A stretch of DNA of 64,000 nucleotides, taken from NCBI GenBank assembly GCA_964187785.1, contig OZ076409.1, positions 23,500,001-23,564,000 on the forward strand. Reading direction: 5' to 3'. The notes beneath the pieces were generated by a model that had not been told where the DNA came from, ran no database searches, and saw only the letters and a list, made by a program, of their open reading frames with translations. Numbering within the stretch: position 1 is the stretch's first letter; every line of letters starts with the position of its first letter. The stretch is from Amphiscolops sp. MND2022. Its lineage: Eukaryota. Shown piece after piece: positions 27,500 to 41,625 of this stretch. The translations under genes and the position numbers were made by a program.

Positions 27500-27804
27500 A
27501 TTTCTATAAATTTTGTTCAACTTGCAGACGTACTAGAACCTCGCAAACATGCCAAGGGTCCCCCTTCGACTACCTCGGTGTTTTTAACTTTGATTTTTTA
27601 GCAATTTTTGACGATCACTAACTTCACAATTAATTTCACATAATTTGCGTCCAATGTAAAGCTTCAGGGTGAAGTTTTCAGTACTATAAGACTTTTTTTG
27701 GATTTTCGAAAATCCTTTATTCAACAAAAGATACTAAAACCATGTCCCCGGGTACACTTTTGTGCCTTGACCGTGGCGCTGATTTGGGCCGTTCCAGGCT
27801 TGTT
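27500..27804 (+). mobile_element. Helentron-like non-autonomous repeat, 3' end (start approximate)
   Basis: Ends GTGGCGCTGATTTGGGCCGTTCCAGGCTTGTT (subTIR, hairpin, TT). Confidence 0.5.
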
Positions 27805-28176
27805 TATATTACGTGGAATACAATTGTTTTTTTTTAGTATAATATTGGGTTAGGGTATATTTGCAAAAAAACGCCGGGTGGACAATGAATTGTAAAAGGT
27901 TTGGCGTTTTGGCGCCGTGGGACTTCTTTTTGGAAATTTATAAATTTCATCAGTTACCCCTTTGAGTTTTCGCTGTCGAAGGTGTTTAAACGGTGTTCTA
28001 AAAGTGTTTAACGAGACTTAAGGGTCTATTTTTGGGTTTTTTAGCACAAAGGTTTTTCGAACGAAGAATATTAAAATTAAATTTCTCCAAAAATTTGGGA
28101 TTTTCTGATATTTTCAGTACAGCAAAAAGTTTTCGAGTCTGAAGGTACCCTTTCGTGTATTTTTTGCCACCGTATG

Positions 28177-28450
28177 TGTTATAAGGTTCTTTATTCTCAA
28201 TAACTGTTATTCTGTTTAGATAACAAAGAAGAGAGCTTAAGTAAGATTCTATTCTCGATCAAGACCATGTGGCAAAGTGAATTACCATTTCTTTTCTGGT
28301 CTATAGCTTTGCTGGTACTATTGGCCAACCATAGTAATTACAAAGACAACTGTATAAATGAGCATACTATGATTGACAGTTTTGTTGACAGTTAAATTGT
28401 TTTTTAATTTAAAGTTTCTTTTAGATTCTTTTTGTGACAGCCCTGCCACA
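28177..28450 (-). repeat. 3' LTR of element B
   Basis: Near-identical to 33200-33473; adjacent PPT at 28451-28461. Confidence 0.95.
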
Positions 28451-29302
28451 CTCCTCCTTCTGTAGTTCTTGGCCATCTCTGCTTTACATGACATGTGTAA
28501 ACTCAAAAATTGGGGCTGTAGTAGTTCGTTATGCTTGTTTATCGTAGGCTGTCTTCGCTAGAAGAGCTGTTTATGATTTCGGGTTTTTCTGCTTTGTCTA
28601 GGCCACAAATCATTACGGCGTCTCCGTAGTATTGGGATGCTTTTCGATTTCGTTGTGGGCGTTTCTCTCAAGTTGATGTGCCGGGTTCATCTGCCGTGTC
28701 TGTTTCTTGTTCACTGAATTGTTTTTCGTGTTCTGTGGGTTCTTCTGGTTCGGATTTTGTCCAGTTTACCGTGGCTTTTATTGCACTTGTTGATGCTTTA
28801 CTTTTTTGTCTTCTCTCGTCTTCCTCCTCGTCTTCTGATTCGAAGAATATTTCTCTCCAGTTTTCGAGGCGTTTAAATTCCGTCGGAATTCTTCTGCTGA
28901 GTTTCTTCTTGGGCTTTATTGGAGCAGTTGTATTTGTTGGTCTTGTTTGAGGCTTTGGTTGTAGCGTTTTGGTTGGTTGATTAATGGTGGCGTTCGCTGA
29001 TTGGTCATTTGTGTTTTGTTTGCTCAGTTGTGGTGTAGCCATTTTATGTGAAGTTGCCACTTCACGTTTGCTGAACAGCGTTGGCAGTGACTTGCCGCGT
29101 TCTTTCATCGTGATTGTATGTGGGGTTTCTGCGGTGATTTGGCCCTACTTTTTCTTATATGCTGTTTCCAGCTTTGAACCTCTGGTTCTTTCCCGTACCA
29201 GAATTTCAGAGTCTTGGGCGGCTGGGAAATCGCTCATCGTCAGCTCGAAGTTGTTGTCGTTGCCTAAAACATTGTAGTTATGTTGTATTGGTTTTGTAGT
29301 TA

Positions 29303-29993
29303 TTATATCTTTGATAGTAGTAAATTTTCGCTTGTGTGTAGTTCCGCTGGTGATATTTTATTTTCTTTGGGGGCGGTTCGTAATGCATATAACAATTCTG
29401 ACAAACGTGTATTATCTTTATCTAATACAATTCTTTGGTTTGCTCTTAGTCTTTCATTTATTGTGCCGATTAATCTTTCCACTTTACCATTTCCTCTATG
29501 GTCGTGTATTGGGCAGATTACATGTTTAATGAAATATTTTTGGCAGAATTCTTGAAATTTTTTACTTTTAAAAACGGTTCCTGGGTCTGTACGGATTTGG
29601 CGTGGGAATCCGTTATCTGCTATAGGGTCCTGCAAAATCAATAGCTATTTCTTCATTTATTGTTTCTGGTGTAGGGATTTTTCCAAATTGTTTTTGTGAT
29701 AATATAGGTTTTACTGATTTACCTGCGTTTTGGCATTCGGAGCATGATTGTGTAAGTAGAGTAATGTCACGATGAATACGTGGCCACCAAATATCTGTTA
29801 TTTGTCGAAGCATTTGGTCACGGCCTGGGTGTCCCCGGTGTAATGAATTTTTAATGGAACTTTGTAAGATTTTAGGAATAACCAATCGATCATCTAGGTA
29901 TAATAAGTCGTTTTCGTCTAATGATAGCGAAGAAAAACGTTCGCGCCATGGGCTGTCGAGTGATTTGATTTTTGATTTGGTGGGATTTTTCAC
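29303..29993 (-). pseudogene. integrase of element B (frameshifted, with internal deletion)
   Basis: LHRGHPG..WWP..CSEC, IAIDFAGP, RTDPG, NGKVER. Confidence 0.9.
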
Positions 29994-30457
29994 TGAATTA
30001 ATGATTTTCTGTAGGGTTTCGTCATCTTTATAATTGGCAATTAGTAGATTTTCACCAATTTTGTTCGCAATAGGGATTTATGATTCAAATTTACTGGAAA
30101 TTGGATTACCTTTGTGTGTATCCGTTGAATGTAATTGGCCCATTTTATGGTGATCGTTTGTTTGCTGTTTATCGCGTGTTTTGAATGACTCGTTTATGTT
30201 TGCACATTTACTGCGTGCGTCGTCGCGTCTGAGCTTGATCCATTTGCGGCCTCTGATTGGTCCGTTGATTTCTTCAGCTAAAATGCTATTTACATTATTT
30301 AGATGGTTCACTGTGAACCAGTTGTTCCATAATTCGTCTGCTTTCACGCTTTCGCCTTCTATTGAGATGGATGTCGTGATAGATAGTCTGCAATGCCAAT
30401 TGTTCGGCCTGGAGCATGAAAGATTTTAAAATCTAATGGAAGTAAACGATCAACCCA

Positions 30458-33200
30458 TCAAGTGAATCTACTCGAGTATGTTTTTTTACACTTGTTGCTT
30501 TTTAAAACTGTAGCGAGTGCTTTGTGGTCGGATACAACTTGGAATTTTATTCCGTATAGGTAGTTCTTAAAGTGTTGGACTGCCCAAACAACTGCCAATA
30601 ACTCAAGTTCATTAATTGAGTCTTTTTCTTCTATTGGTGTAAGGAAACGTGAAGCGAAGTGAATTGGTCTCCAACCAATTTCTTCTTGTTGTTGTAATAC
30701 AGCACCTAAACCGGCTTTACTGGTATCACAAATAATTCGTAATTTTCTATTTTGCTTGAAGTGGCCTACTTCAGTGACTCTTTTGACTTGTTTATTTATT
30801 TCTTCAAAAGCCTTTTCGTGGGTTTCGTTCCAGTTCCATTGTTTATCTTGTTTTAGCAATGGGCGTAGTTTAAAGCATAGTTGTGCTAAATTTGGTATGA
30901 ATCTATTTAGTTGATTCACTGCGCCCAAGTATAATCTGGGTTCTTTTAAATTCTTCGGTTTCAATTTATCAGTTATCGCTTGAATTTTTGTATTGATTGG
31001 TCGTATTCCTGTTTGTGTTAGGTGATACCTTAACCATTCAACTTCATTTTGTGCGAACTTGCATTTTTCCCATTTTAATCGTATGTTTGCTTCATCAAGT
31101 TTTTCTAATACTTGTTTTACTTTTGCGTAATGATCTGTTTGGCTACCTTTTGTCACTTTTAGTATGTCATCTAAGAAAACATACGTATTCGCAATGTTTG
31201 AGAGTTTTTTATCCATAAAATTTTGGAACTCTGTTGCCATCACTGTGAGTCCATAAAATCCAGTGATAAAGCGATATGTGCCTGTTGCTTTACCGCCTAT
31301 TATTTGGAAATTACAGTGACGTGCAGTTTCTTCGTCCAATGGTACTTGACCATAGGCATAGCGCATGTCTAGTGAAGTGTACCACGCTTGTCCGCTTGTT
31401 GAATTATCTAGTTGTTCTGCTACCATATCTACGAGATGTTCTAAATTCGGCATTTGGTATTTGTCTTTGATCAACTCGTTATTTAACGCACGTGCATCGA
31501 ATGCGATTTTTACGCTTTTGTCCCGTTTCACTGTGATTACAACTGGTTGGATAAATTGTTTATCCGTCACATCGGTTATTCGTTCGATGTGTCCTTCATT
31601 TAATAGTCTTTCAACTTCTTCTTGTACCGCGTCTTGTAATTGAATAGGGACTCGTCTACTTTTTTGTTGGGTTATTTTAGCTTCTGGTTTAAACTCAATT
31701 TTCACTGTATGGTCGCGAATTTGTCCTTGTCTAGTGAATAAGGAGGGAAATTGGTTTTGTAATTTAATCTTTTCGTTGTGATTATCGTTATCACTCAAAC
31801 TTTTTGGATTATTTTGTTTACTTGGTTCTATTGTTTTATTTGGTTGTTTAGCACTTTGTTTAATTGTGTAAATAGCGTTGTTACCTTCACTTTTTGTTGG
31901 AGATACGAATTTGTAGTTGAACGCGTTCAGCCAATCACGTCCAATGAGTGATTTTGCGCCTTTGTCTGCAATCAATATTCGAGCTTTATTTAGTTTGCTA
32001 TCACCAACTTCCAAATGACAGAATATGTATCCCAGTAATTGTACTTTTCGTTTATTGAAGTCCACGTATTCTTCATCTTTTGGTAGCTCCCTGATGAATA
32101 GTGTTTTGCGCTTCTTTATTTGTTTTATTTCATCAATCGCGAATATCGTCACTGGTGATCCGGAATCAACCATTGTTTGAAATGGGTTCCCATTGATCTT
32201 TCCTTTCATGGTAAATTGTCCACTTGTATCACCTTCAATTGTGAGTACTACCTTCTCATCGTCTGCAATTGATTCCTCACTGCTTTCGCTCCATTCATCA
32301 ATACGCTGAATATGTTGAGGGGGTTTTGCTACTTTGCGACTTTTCGCAAATGTTCCAGCGCCTTTAGTTTGACAACATCGGGCAAAATGTCCTTTCTTGC
32401 CACATTTCATACAAGTGACACCCAAGGCTTTACACTCCTTAAGACGTTGTGGTGTGAATATTCCTTCGCATCTGAAACACGTTTTGGTTGGTCCCCAGCG
32501 TTTATTGTTTTGGTTAATGTTATTTACTTCCGTTGTTTCAGTTTTTATATTTGGCTTATCCAGCATACCAAACGATTGTTGTCTCAGCGTGCCCTCTTCA
32601 TTAGCAATTGCAAATTGAATTGTTTCTGCTGCTGTTGCTTTTGGCTCAGTGCACAATTTTTGTTGTACATCTTGGTTTATCATGTTCACTGTGAAGACGT
32701 CTTTTACTAAACTGTCTGTTATCGCACCAAAATTGCATTTTGCTGCTTATCCATTTAATTCGTTCCAGAAGTTTTTCAATGATTCTCCTTCTTTCTGTTT
32801 TCGGGACAAGAATTTGAAGCGTCAAGGGTTTCATTTTTGGGTTTCTCAAAGCAATCCTTGGAGTTTTTTAACAAATCTGGGAGTGACACAGTAGCAATAT
32901 TGATAGTGGGGAACTTGTCAGCATTTGATTTGCGTCCTGCAGATCCCAAAGCGAGGTGAAGTACGCTTATAGCTTTCTTTGTTGCTGGTACTTCGTCGAG
33001 GTCACCCATTAAACTTTAATCTTTTTTCCCGTTTTTGTTAGTTCGGCAATGGACATGTTGTTTTTGCCCATTAATGCCACTTCAAATAAATCTCGCCATT
33101 TTTCCCATTTTAATGTAGGGTTTTTGGAGGCATCTTGGCAATAAGTTGGAAGTCCTGCAATCGCCTGAGGTCCTCCAGAAGGTTCAGGTCGCAGCGCCAT
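30458..33200 (-). pseudogene. pol: gag-pol of element B (gag broken; 743-aa ORF with knuckles, PR, RT, RNase H)
   Basis: CMKCGKKGHFARCC, MVDSGS, LDMRYAYGQ, FLDDIL, ICDTSKAGLGAVL, ELELLAVVWA; start ATG formed at the LTR/PBS junction (MALRPEP). Confidence 0.9.
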
Positions 33201-33473
33201 GTTATAAGGTTCTTTATTCTCAATAACGGTTATTCTGTTTAGATAACAAAGAAGAGAGTTTAAGCAAGATTTTATTCTCGATCAAGACCATGTGGCAAAG
33301 TGAATTACCATTTCTTTTCTGGTCTATAGTTTTGCTGGTACTATTGGCCAACAATAGGAATTACAAAGACAACTGTATAAATGAGCATACTATGATTGAC
33401 AGTTTTTTTGACAGTCAAATTGTTTTTTAATTTAAAGTTTCTTTTAGATTCTTTTTGTGACAGCCCAGCCACA
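33200..33473 (-). repeat. 5' LTR of element B
   Basis: Followed on minus strand by PBS TGGCG; TSD GTATG at 33474-33478. Confidence 0.95.
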
Positions 33474-33511
33474 GTATGATATTTGAAAGGTTATGAATAG
33501 CTATCCCGTGA

Positions 33512-35625
33512 ATATTTGCATTTTTAAACCGTGAGCGAGGCGCCGACTTGGGCTCTACGAATGATGTTTAGAGTCGTAACATGCAGGATCGAAAAATGCG
33601 AATAAATAATTTAGCATCGAAGTACTCAGAAATGAATCAAACAAGAAAAGAAATGTTAAATTGCAAGATGATGATAATGGAAAATTTTTGCCGACGCATA
33701 AATGCCTCTAATGAAATTCCAGTGCTGCGACTTAATTTCTCGTTGTTTTTTCTGAGGTACACAAGTTATCCCAGTGTTTGACAACGTGAAAATTTTGTCA
33801 AAATCTTTGTGGCATGAAGTAGACAATTCATGGCCAACTCACAAACAAATTCATGTACCTGCCAAAATCTGATGTCATGTAGTACTCAACATACATTACA
33901 TTGTTGATCTGAGATATAGTTGAATAACACAGCATAGAACTTTGTCTTCAGTTGCTAATTTTATCCTCAGTACGCATTTAATTTAACCTTATTATCCACC
34001 TTTTCTCTCAGTTTACTTTATGGCGCAGTCAGCAATTTGAACAGAACAACATGAAAACCACACCGACCCAAACTCAACGGAAGGTGGACCGAAATCATCG
34101 GAACAGTAAACCAGGACTAACAATAATCAAACAACATCCGAATGGAAGAAAATAATCAAATACAAAATCCCGATTTTATCGGAAAGAGAAACGGATCTCA
34201 CAAAGATCAACCCAAAAATGTGGTGGGAACAGATATCGGAATATATACACCTGACATACAGCCGAAATCTTGACGAAATCATAGATCAAGGAACCGAGTA
34301 CATGGACCGACACACTGTATACCACTTAAAGGGCGACGTCATTTGGGCGCTCGGCCCAAAAACCAAACACGAAATTATGAGAGGTCAATGGGGCCGAGAA
34401 TTAAAAGACGTCAATCTACCGGACTTATTGACATTATTCAAGAAAACATTTCTTCCGGTAAGAAACGTATTTCATAGCAGGGCACAATTCTTCAACATGA
34501 AGCAGGATGGCAACGAAACGTTGGACGAATATTGAAAAAAATTTGGTGGACATTGAGAGAACATGCGATATTTGCATTTTTAAACCGTGAGCGAGGCGCC
34601 GACTTGGGCTCTACGAATGATGTTTAGAGTCGTAACATGCAGGATCGAAAAATGCGAATAAATAATTTAGCATCGAAGTACTCAGAAATGAATCAAACAA
34701 GAAAAGAAATGATAAATTGCAAGATGATGATAATGGAAAATTTTTGCCGACGCATAAATGCCTCTAATGAAATTCCAGTGCTGCGACTTAATTTCTCGTT
34801 GTTTTTTCTGAGGTACACAAGTTATCCCAGTGTTTGACAACGTGAAAATTTTGTCAAAATCTTTGTGGCATGAAGTAGACAATTCATGGCCAACTCACAA
34901 ACAAATTCATGTACCTGCCAAAATCTGATGTCATGTAGTACTCAACATACATTACATTGTTGATCTGAGATATAGTTGAATAACACAGCATAGAACTTTG
35001 TCTTCAGTTGCTAATTTTATCCTCAGTACGCATTTAATTTAACCTTATTATCCACCTTTTCTCTCAGTTTACTTTATGGCGCAGTCAGCAATTTGAACAG
35101 AACAACATGAAAACCACACCGACCCAAACTCAACGGAAGGTGGACAGAAATCATCGGAACAGTAAACCAGGACTAACAATAATCAAACAACATCCGAATG
35201 GAAGAAAATAATCAAATACAAAATCCCGATTTTATCGGAAAGAGAAACGGATCTCACAAAGATCAACCCAAAAATGTGGTGGGAACAGATATCGGAATAT
35301 ATACACCTGACATACAGCCGAAATCTTGACGAAATCATAGATCAAGGAACCGAGTACATGGACCGACACACTGTATACCACTTAAAGGGCGACGTCATTT
35401 GGGCGCTCGGCCCAAAAACCAAACACGAAATTATGAGAGGTCAATGGGGCCGAGAATTAAAAGACGTCAATCTACCGGACTTATTGACATTATTCAAGAA
35501 AACATTTCTTCCGGTAAGAAACGTATTTCATAGCAGGGCACAATTCTTCAACATGAAGCAGGATGGCAACGAAACGTTGGACGAATATTGAAAAAAATTT
35601 GGTGGACATTGAGAGAACATGCGAT
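33512..35625. repeat. 1056-bp tandem duplication (flank, LTR and gag start of element C)
   Basis: 33512-34569 repeated at 34568-35625, near-identical, 2-nt AT microhomology at junction. Confidence 0.95.
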
Positions 35626-38600
35626 TTCAACAGTATCACAGCGGAAGAAATTATCACCTACCAATTTTCGGCCACCATCAAAGACAAAAAGGCCCGAAAC
35701 AAGTTCACAAAAGGTCCGCTGAAAATCCAATTGGTACTGGAAAATATCGATCTCGACAACTACTATCGGAAATACGGAGAAAAAACCGAGAAATAAAAAA
35801 CCCAAAAACGACTCAACAAACAGTTCATCAGGAGACGAACAGATCAAATACAACAACCAAACACGAAAACGAAAACAAACTTGTAACGAGAAGAGAAAAT
35901 TATCAAACCGGAACTGCCGCTTTTGCGGAAAACCGACCTGGTCATTGGAAAACATATGCACGGAGATCACAATGCAACATTTGCAAAAAGATGGGACATT
36001 TTGCCAACGTGTGCAAATCCAAGACCGTCAACCGGATAAGTGAAGCACCGTCATCGGGTAGCAACACCGAATCATGGCCAGAAATTGACCATCTTCAGTC
36101 CGTCAACGGCATCAATCGAATTGATTTCTACAAAGCAATCCTATTGGTCCAGGGACAACCAATAGAATTCATCCTCTATACCGGCTCACCAGTGACAATT
36201 ATACCGCCGATAAATATTTCGACAAAGAAAACAACGAAAAATTTCGTTGATGTAAACAAAAACCCAATCAAATTCAAAGGCGAAGCAATGGTGGAAGTGA
36301 AAACGAAGGAAAGCAAGGAGATATTATCAATTCTCAATACAGAATACAAAAACACTCAACCATTATTGGGCCTAGATTGGATAGATAAATTGGAAATTGG
36401 CCTACAGGGCAGCAAGAAAACAAATGTCATACGTCACATGGAAGAAGACGAAAGACGAGAAAGAAACACCCACGAATACGAAGACTTATTCAAAAACAAC
36501 CATACTATCAAACATCTCACCATTGATATCCAGTTGAAGAAAGACATCAAACCTATTCAACAAAAAGGGCGACCGGTCTCCATACACTTCCCAAAGATCG
36601 TGCGAGAAAAAATAGAAAAACTAATCGAAAAGAGACATCACGAAAAAGCTGGCAAAACCACCGAAAATTGCTTTATGTCACCCGCAGTCATTACCATAAA
36701 GAAAGACAAATCGGTCAAAATAGCGCTGGATTCGAGAAAACTAAACAAGGCATGTGTAAAAAGAAAAGCAGCAACGCCGAACAAGGAGGAATTGATCAGT
36801 AAAAAGTCTGCCGAAATTATCGAAAATGACGGTGACATTTGGATGTCGACGATCAATTTGGATTACGCCTATGGTCAAGCGAAATAACCCAAAGAAGCAG
36901 CTAAACATTGCGTATTTTCGATTGTCGGAGGAGATATTACTGGACATTACTGTTTCAAGAAAAACTTTTACGGGCTGTCGGATACCCCCACGGTATTCCA
37001 GGAACACATAGATACCGTACTGGAATTTGAAACACCAGTTTGGTTATCATTTGCGTAATTAATGGCAGCATTGAAGACCATGAATGGGAAGTGCGAGAAG
37101 TTGTCACAAAATTGCAAAACGCCAGATATCGAGCTAGCGAAAGGAAAATTGAACTATTGAAATTGGAACTGACATAGCTGGGCTACTATATTAACCAAGA
37201 AGGCGTGAAACCAAACAAATATGAAACAGAAGCAATCACCAAATTGGAAGCACCGAAGAACGTAAAAGAATTAAAATCATTCCTGGTCTCCATTCAACAT
37301 CTCTCGAAGTTGTTAACAATCTATCAAAAAAGACAGATAAAATGCGGAATTTCCTGAGGAAAGACGTCAAATGGGAATGGATTCCGGAGATAGACGAAGA
37401 CTTTGAAGGATTCAAAAAAGAGATCAAGGAAGCCCCGTTTCTGGCCCACTTTGACCCGAAGAGAGACAATTACATCACAACTGACGCACGTTATACGGGA
37501 CTGGGCGCAACACTGTGACAAAAGGAAGGTGAAGTATTCAGACCTGTAGCCTTTGCAAGTAGATTTTTTAAACTGATTGCAAAAAAATACGCAATAGATG
37601 AACTAGAATTGTTAGGGGCAATATAGGGGCTAGAGTACTTCAGGTATTTTGTTTACGGAAAAAGGGTAAGTTTGTTAACAGACCACCAGGGCTTCAACCA
37701 ATATTGAAAAAGAAGCCAGCACACAAACAATACAGCGGTAGAATAACACGTTGGTTGGATAGATTGAGCCATTTTGATGTTAATGTACAGTATACGACCG
37801 GTGAAAACATTCCGTTAAAGGAGTACTTGGGCCGACAACTGATCGTACCGACCGAGATTACCGATTTGGAAAACAAAGCGGACGGACAAAAGGAAGAGTT
37901 CGTCGTTAATCAAATGTACGGCCTCTTCGAATTCAACCAAACGCGAGGAAGCATAAAAGGATTCACCGAACAAGCGACCGTGAGAGAACTTTCCGACCAA
38001 TCACAAGGCGACAAAAACATACGTGAACAAAATCAAAAGAATCATTGCTCAAAACTTCATCGTTGTGGAACGGTCCTAATTCAACCGCTTTAAATAACGT
38101 TTTACCGTACTCAATCAACAAAATGGACAAAGTCAATGGCATCGACATGGTATTCATATACCAGAAGCGGGGCCATTCCCCAGAAACAAAATGCCTCTGG
38201 GTTGAGAGAAATCACATCCTGAAGCCAGAGAAAACGAGATTTGTTGGAAAAGGCAAGGACAATGAGAGAATACAAGAGTATCGATCTTCGCAGATCGGCC
38301 GCAAACGGATCGTTGAATTGAACATTAAAATCTAAAACCGCTTCTTCCATTACTGCGAGACTCTTGGAACAACTCCCCTACAAAAAGTTCAACAAAATAA
38401 CAACGAGTCTTGGACAAACAGCAATCATTCTGATGGGGAAAACCAGATAAGCCGAATTAAACAGGACAATTGCCCCAGAACTACGTTGACGAAATTCTGC
38501 AAACACGAAACGGTAAATCTAATACGGTTGAAACAGACAGCAAAAATCAACACTCACAATCCCGAACAAAACGAGAAGACGTCCGAGGTCATAAAAAACC

Positions 38601-41600
38601 GAGAAGGACTTTTCATTGGACTTACCATTACTGGTAGATGAGACCGTCCGGGATATAAAAAATCTTAAATGCAATTGCAGCTAGTGGAAACGAGCAGCAG
38701 GAGAGCATTTCCGACCTTACCGCCCCCACCGATTGCACCTCTCCACAAGATTCCGATTATTATTTTAAAACAATAAAATTGTCATCCCCGAGAACATGAG
38801 GACAACTGTTACTGCCATGCTGCACCAAGGCCACACGTCCGCAGCCAAAATGGATCAGCTCGCTGAAGCTTTCTGATGGCTGGGAATACATAGAAATCCA
38901 GGAAAAAACAGAAACATGCCCGAGTTGCAGAGCTGCATTTAAGAACATTACAACACAAATTCCGTCAACGAAGAAAAATGAATTGGAAATATTAACCGAA
39001 CCGAATCAAGAAACTCAATTGAACTTTGCCGGTCCAATCAAATCGAAGCCGCGCGGCGATGTATTAATTTTAGTAGCTTATGACCGTTTTAGTAAATGGC
39101 CTACCGTACACATTTGTAAAAACGTGGACACACGGATCGTCCTAAATTTTTTGACGGAGTATTTCGCGGATAACGGAACACCACGGTGTATTCGAACCGA
39201 CAACAGTAGCTGTTTTGAAAGTAACGAATTAAAAAAATTCTGCAACGGCTAAAATATCAAGCGCATAAGATGTACTCAGAATTTACGACTCGGTACAGGC
39301 TTAGTTGATCGAACAATACGGACAATTAAATCATTAACCAGAGCAAACATGGCAGACGGACTAATAGAAGACAGCGTCCAATTAGCAATCAAAACAATTA
39401 GACAGACGCTGCATAGCAGATTAAACTTGACACCTTTCCAAATCCACCTAGGCAGGAAACCACGCACCGCACTTACAAATTCAATCGGTAAACCAGATTG
39501 TCTACTATCTAATTGGAAAAGAACATTAACCAATTACAATTTAGCCCAGCCGACGGAATTGCAGGTCTTCGCAATCAACGACTCGGATAGGGAGATGGCC
39601 GAATATATGGTACTCAACGATACCAGGAAGAGGGGCTGTTCGGTAAGCCGGAATGTTAAAAAATATCAATTTTTTGGAAAGAAAAATAAACCTAATTTAA
39701 TGAAATGTGGATTCAAAACTGACAAAATTTAACTGTGATACAAGAAACTGACCACACCACCACCACTGAAGGAAAAAATCATACATAAAAGGCTAGCCTC
39801 TAAAGCCCTGAAGTTTCAGACCTCCAGAAAACCTGACGAACAGAGGAAGACAATCAGCAGATGCCGCAGATGTGGGAAAGTCAGTAGCGGTGAGTACTGT
39901 GAGACTCACAGACGCCTCAGAGTCGAAGGAGACTTAAACAATATTCATGCGCACAACGACGCTGGTCCAAGTCACACAATGCCAACAATGCCATCGGAAA
40001 AGCCCACTTACAGCTGCGTGGTCATGTATGACTCGCCCAGCCGTGACTCGGATTCTATAGTGCCAAATGTGGACAAAGATATCTCCGACGCGGACCATAA
40101 CTCCGAGGAGACCGGTCAGAGGGCCGAAATCGAACGGCAAATCGAGACGCTACGGGCACACACGCCGACAATGACATCGCCAATTGGGTGCAGCACCGCG
40201 ATAGCCCCCACTACATTTGCAACTTGATACATCAGGCACTCCGATAAGAAGCCAAGAGACAAACACCGTCATAGCGGAAGAAGGGAATAAAGAATGAATG
40301 ACAGGTAAACTAAGGTCAAAACAAGTAAACGAAGAAAGAAGGAACAAAGTCAGATTTGAATTAGAGCCACGTAGATCAGAAAGGATAAAAAAGCAAAAAG
40401 GGTGGGAAAATTCGGTGGTGGTTGAAGGTTTTCAATAAATTTAGTCGTTTAGGAAACACCTTCAGCCCCCCTACTCTGAGAAGCTATTCAACGATGCCAT
40501 TCCCTCGTCTGAAGAAGGATATGCCAAACTTCGAATGGTTCCACTAAAACCTGCGGAGGGGGAAATGTGGCATGAAGTAGACAATTCACGGCCAACTCAC
40601 AAACAAATTAATGTACATGTCAAAATCCGATGTCATGTAACACGTAACATACAATACATTGTTGATCTGAGATATAATGGAATACCACAGCATAGAACTT
40701 TGTCTTCAGTTGCTAATCTTATCCTCAGTACGCTTTTAATTTAACCTTATTATCCACCTTTTCTCTCAGTTTACTTTATGGCGCAGTCAGCAATTTGAAC
40801 AGAACAACATGAAAACCACACCGACCCAAACTCAACGGAAGGTGGACCGAAATCATCGGAACAGTCAACCAGGACTAACAATAATCAAACAACATCCGAA
40901 TGGACGAAAATAATCAAATACAAAATCCCGATTTTATCGGAAAGAGAAACGGATCTCACAAAGATCAACCCAAAAATGTGGTGGGAACAGATATCGGAAT
41001 ATATACACCTGACATACAGCCGAAATCTTGACGAAATCATAGATCAAGGAACCGAGTACATGGACCCACACACTGTATACCACTTGAAGGGCGACGTCAT
41101 TTGGGCGCTCGGCCCAAAAGCCAAACACGAAATTATGAGAGGTCAATGGGGGCCGAGAGTTAAAAGACGTCAATCTACCGGACTTATTGACATTATTCAA
41201 GAAAACATTTCTTCCGGTAAGAAACGTATTTCATAGCAGGGCACAATTCTTCAACATGAAGCAGGATGACACCGAAACGTTGGACGAATATTGAAAAAAA
41301 TTTGGTGGACATTGAGAGAACATGCGATTTCAACAGTATCACAGCGGAAGAAATTATCACCTACCAATTTCGGCTACCATCAAAGACAATACGGCCCGAA
41401 ACAAGTTCACAAAAGGCCCGCTGAAAATCCAATTGGTACTGGAAAATATCGATCTCGACAACTACTATCGGAAATACGGGGAAAAACCGAGAAATAAAAA
41501 ACCCAGAAACGACTCAACAAACAGTTCATCAGGAGACGAACAGATCAAATACAACAACCAAACACGAAAACGAAAACCAACTTGTAACGAGAAGAAAAAA

Positions 41601-41625
41601 TTATCAAACCGGAACTGCCGCTTTT
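33808..41625 (+). mobile_element. Ty3/gypsy (Mag-like) element C, decayed, with tandem LTR-internal structure
   Basis: 213-bp LTRs at 33808-34020, 34864-35076, 40566-40778, each followed by PBS TGGCGCAGTCAGCA; PPT GCGGAGGGGGAAA before 40566; CNICKKMGHFANVC, RT LDSRKLN/LDYAYGQ, integrase FAGP..DRFSKW..RTDN. Confidence 0.93.

Larger units (their letters stand above)
28177..33473 (-). mobile_element. Ty3/gypsy (Mag-like) element B, both LTRs present, decayed; nested in a Helentron-like repeat in intron 2
   Basis: 274-bp LTRs 28177-28450 and 33200-33473 (TGT...ACA), 5-bp TSD GTATG, PBS TGGCGCTGCGA, PPT AGAAGGAGGAG, gag-PR-RT-RH-IN order. Confidence 0.97.
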
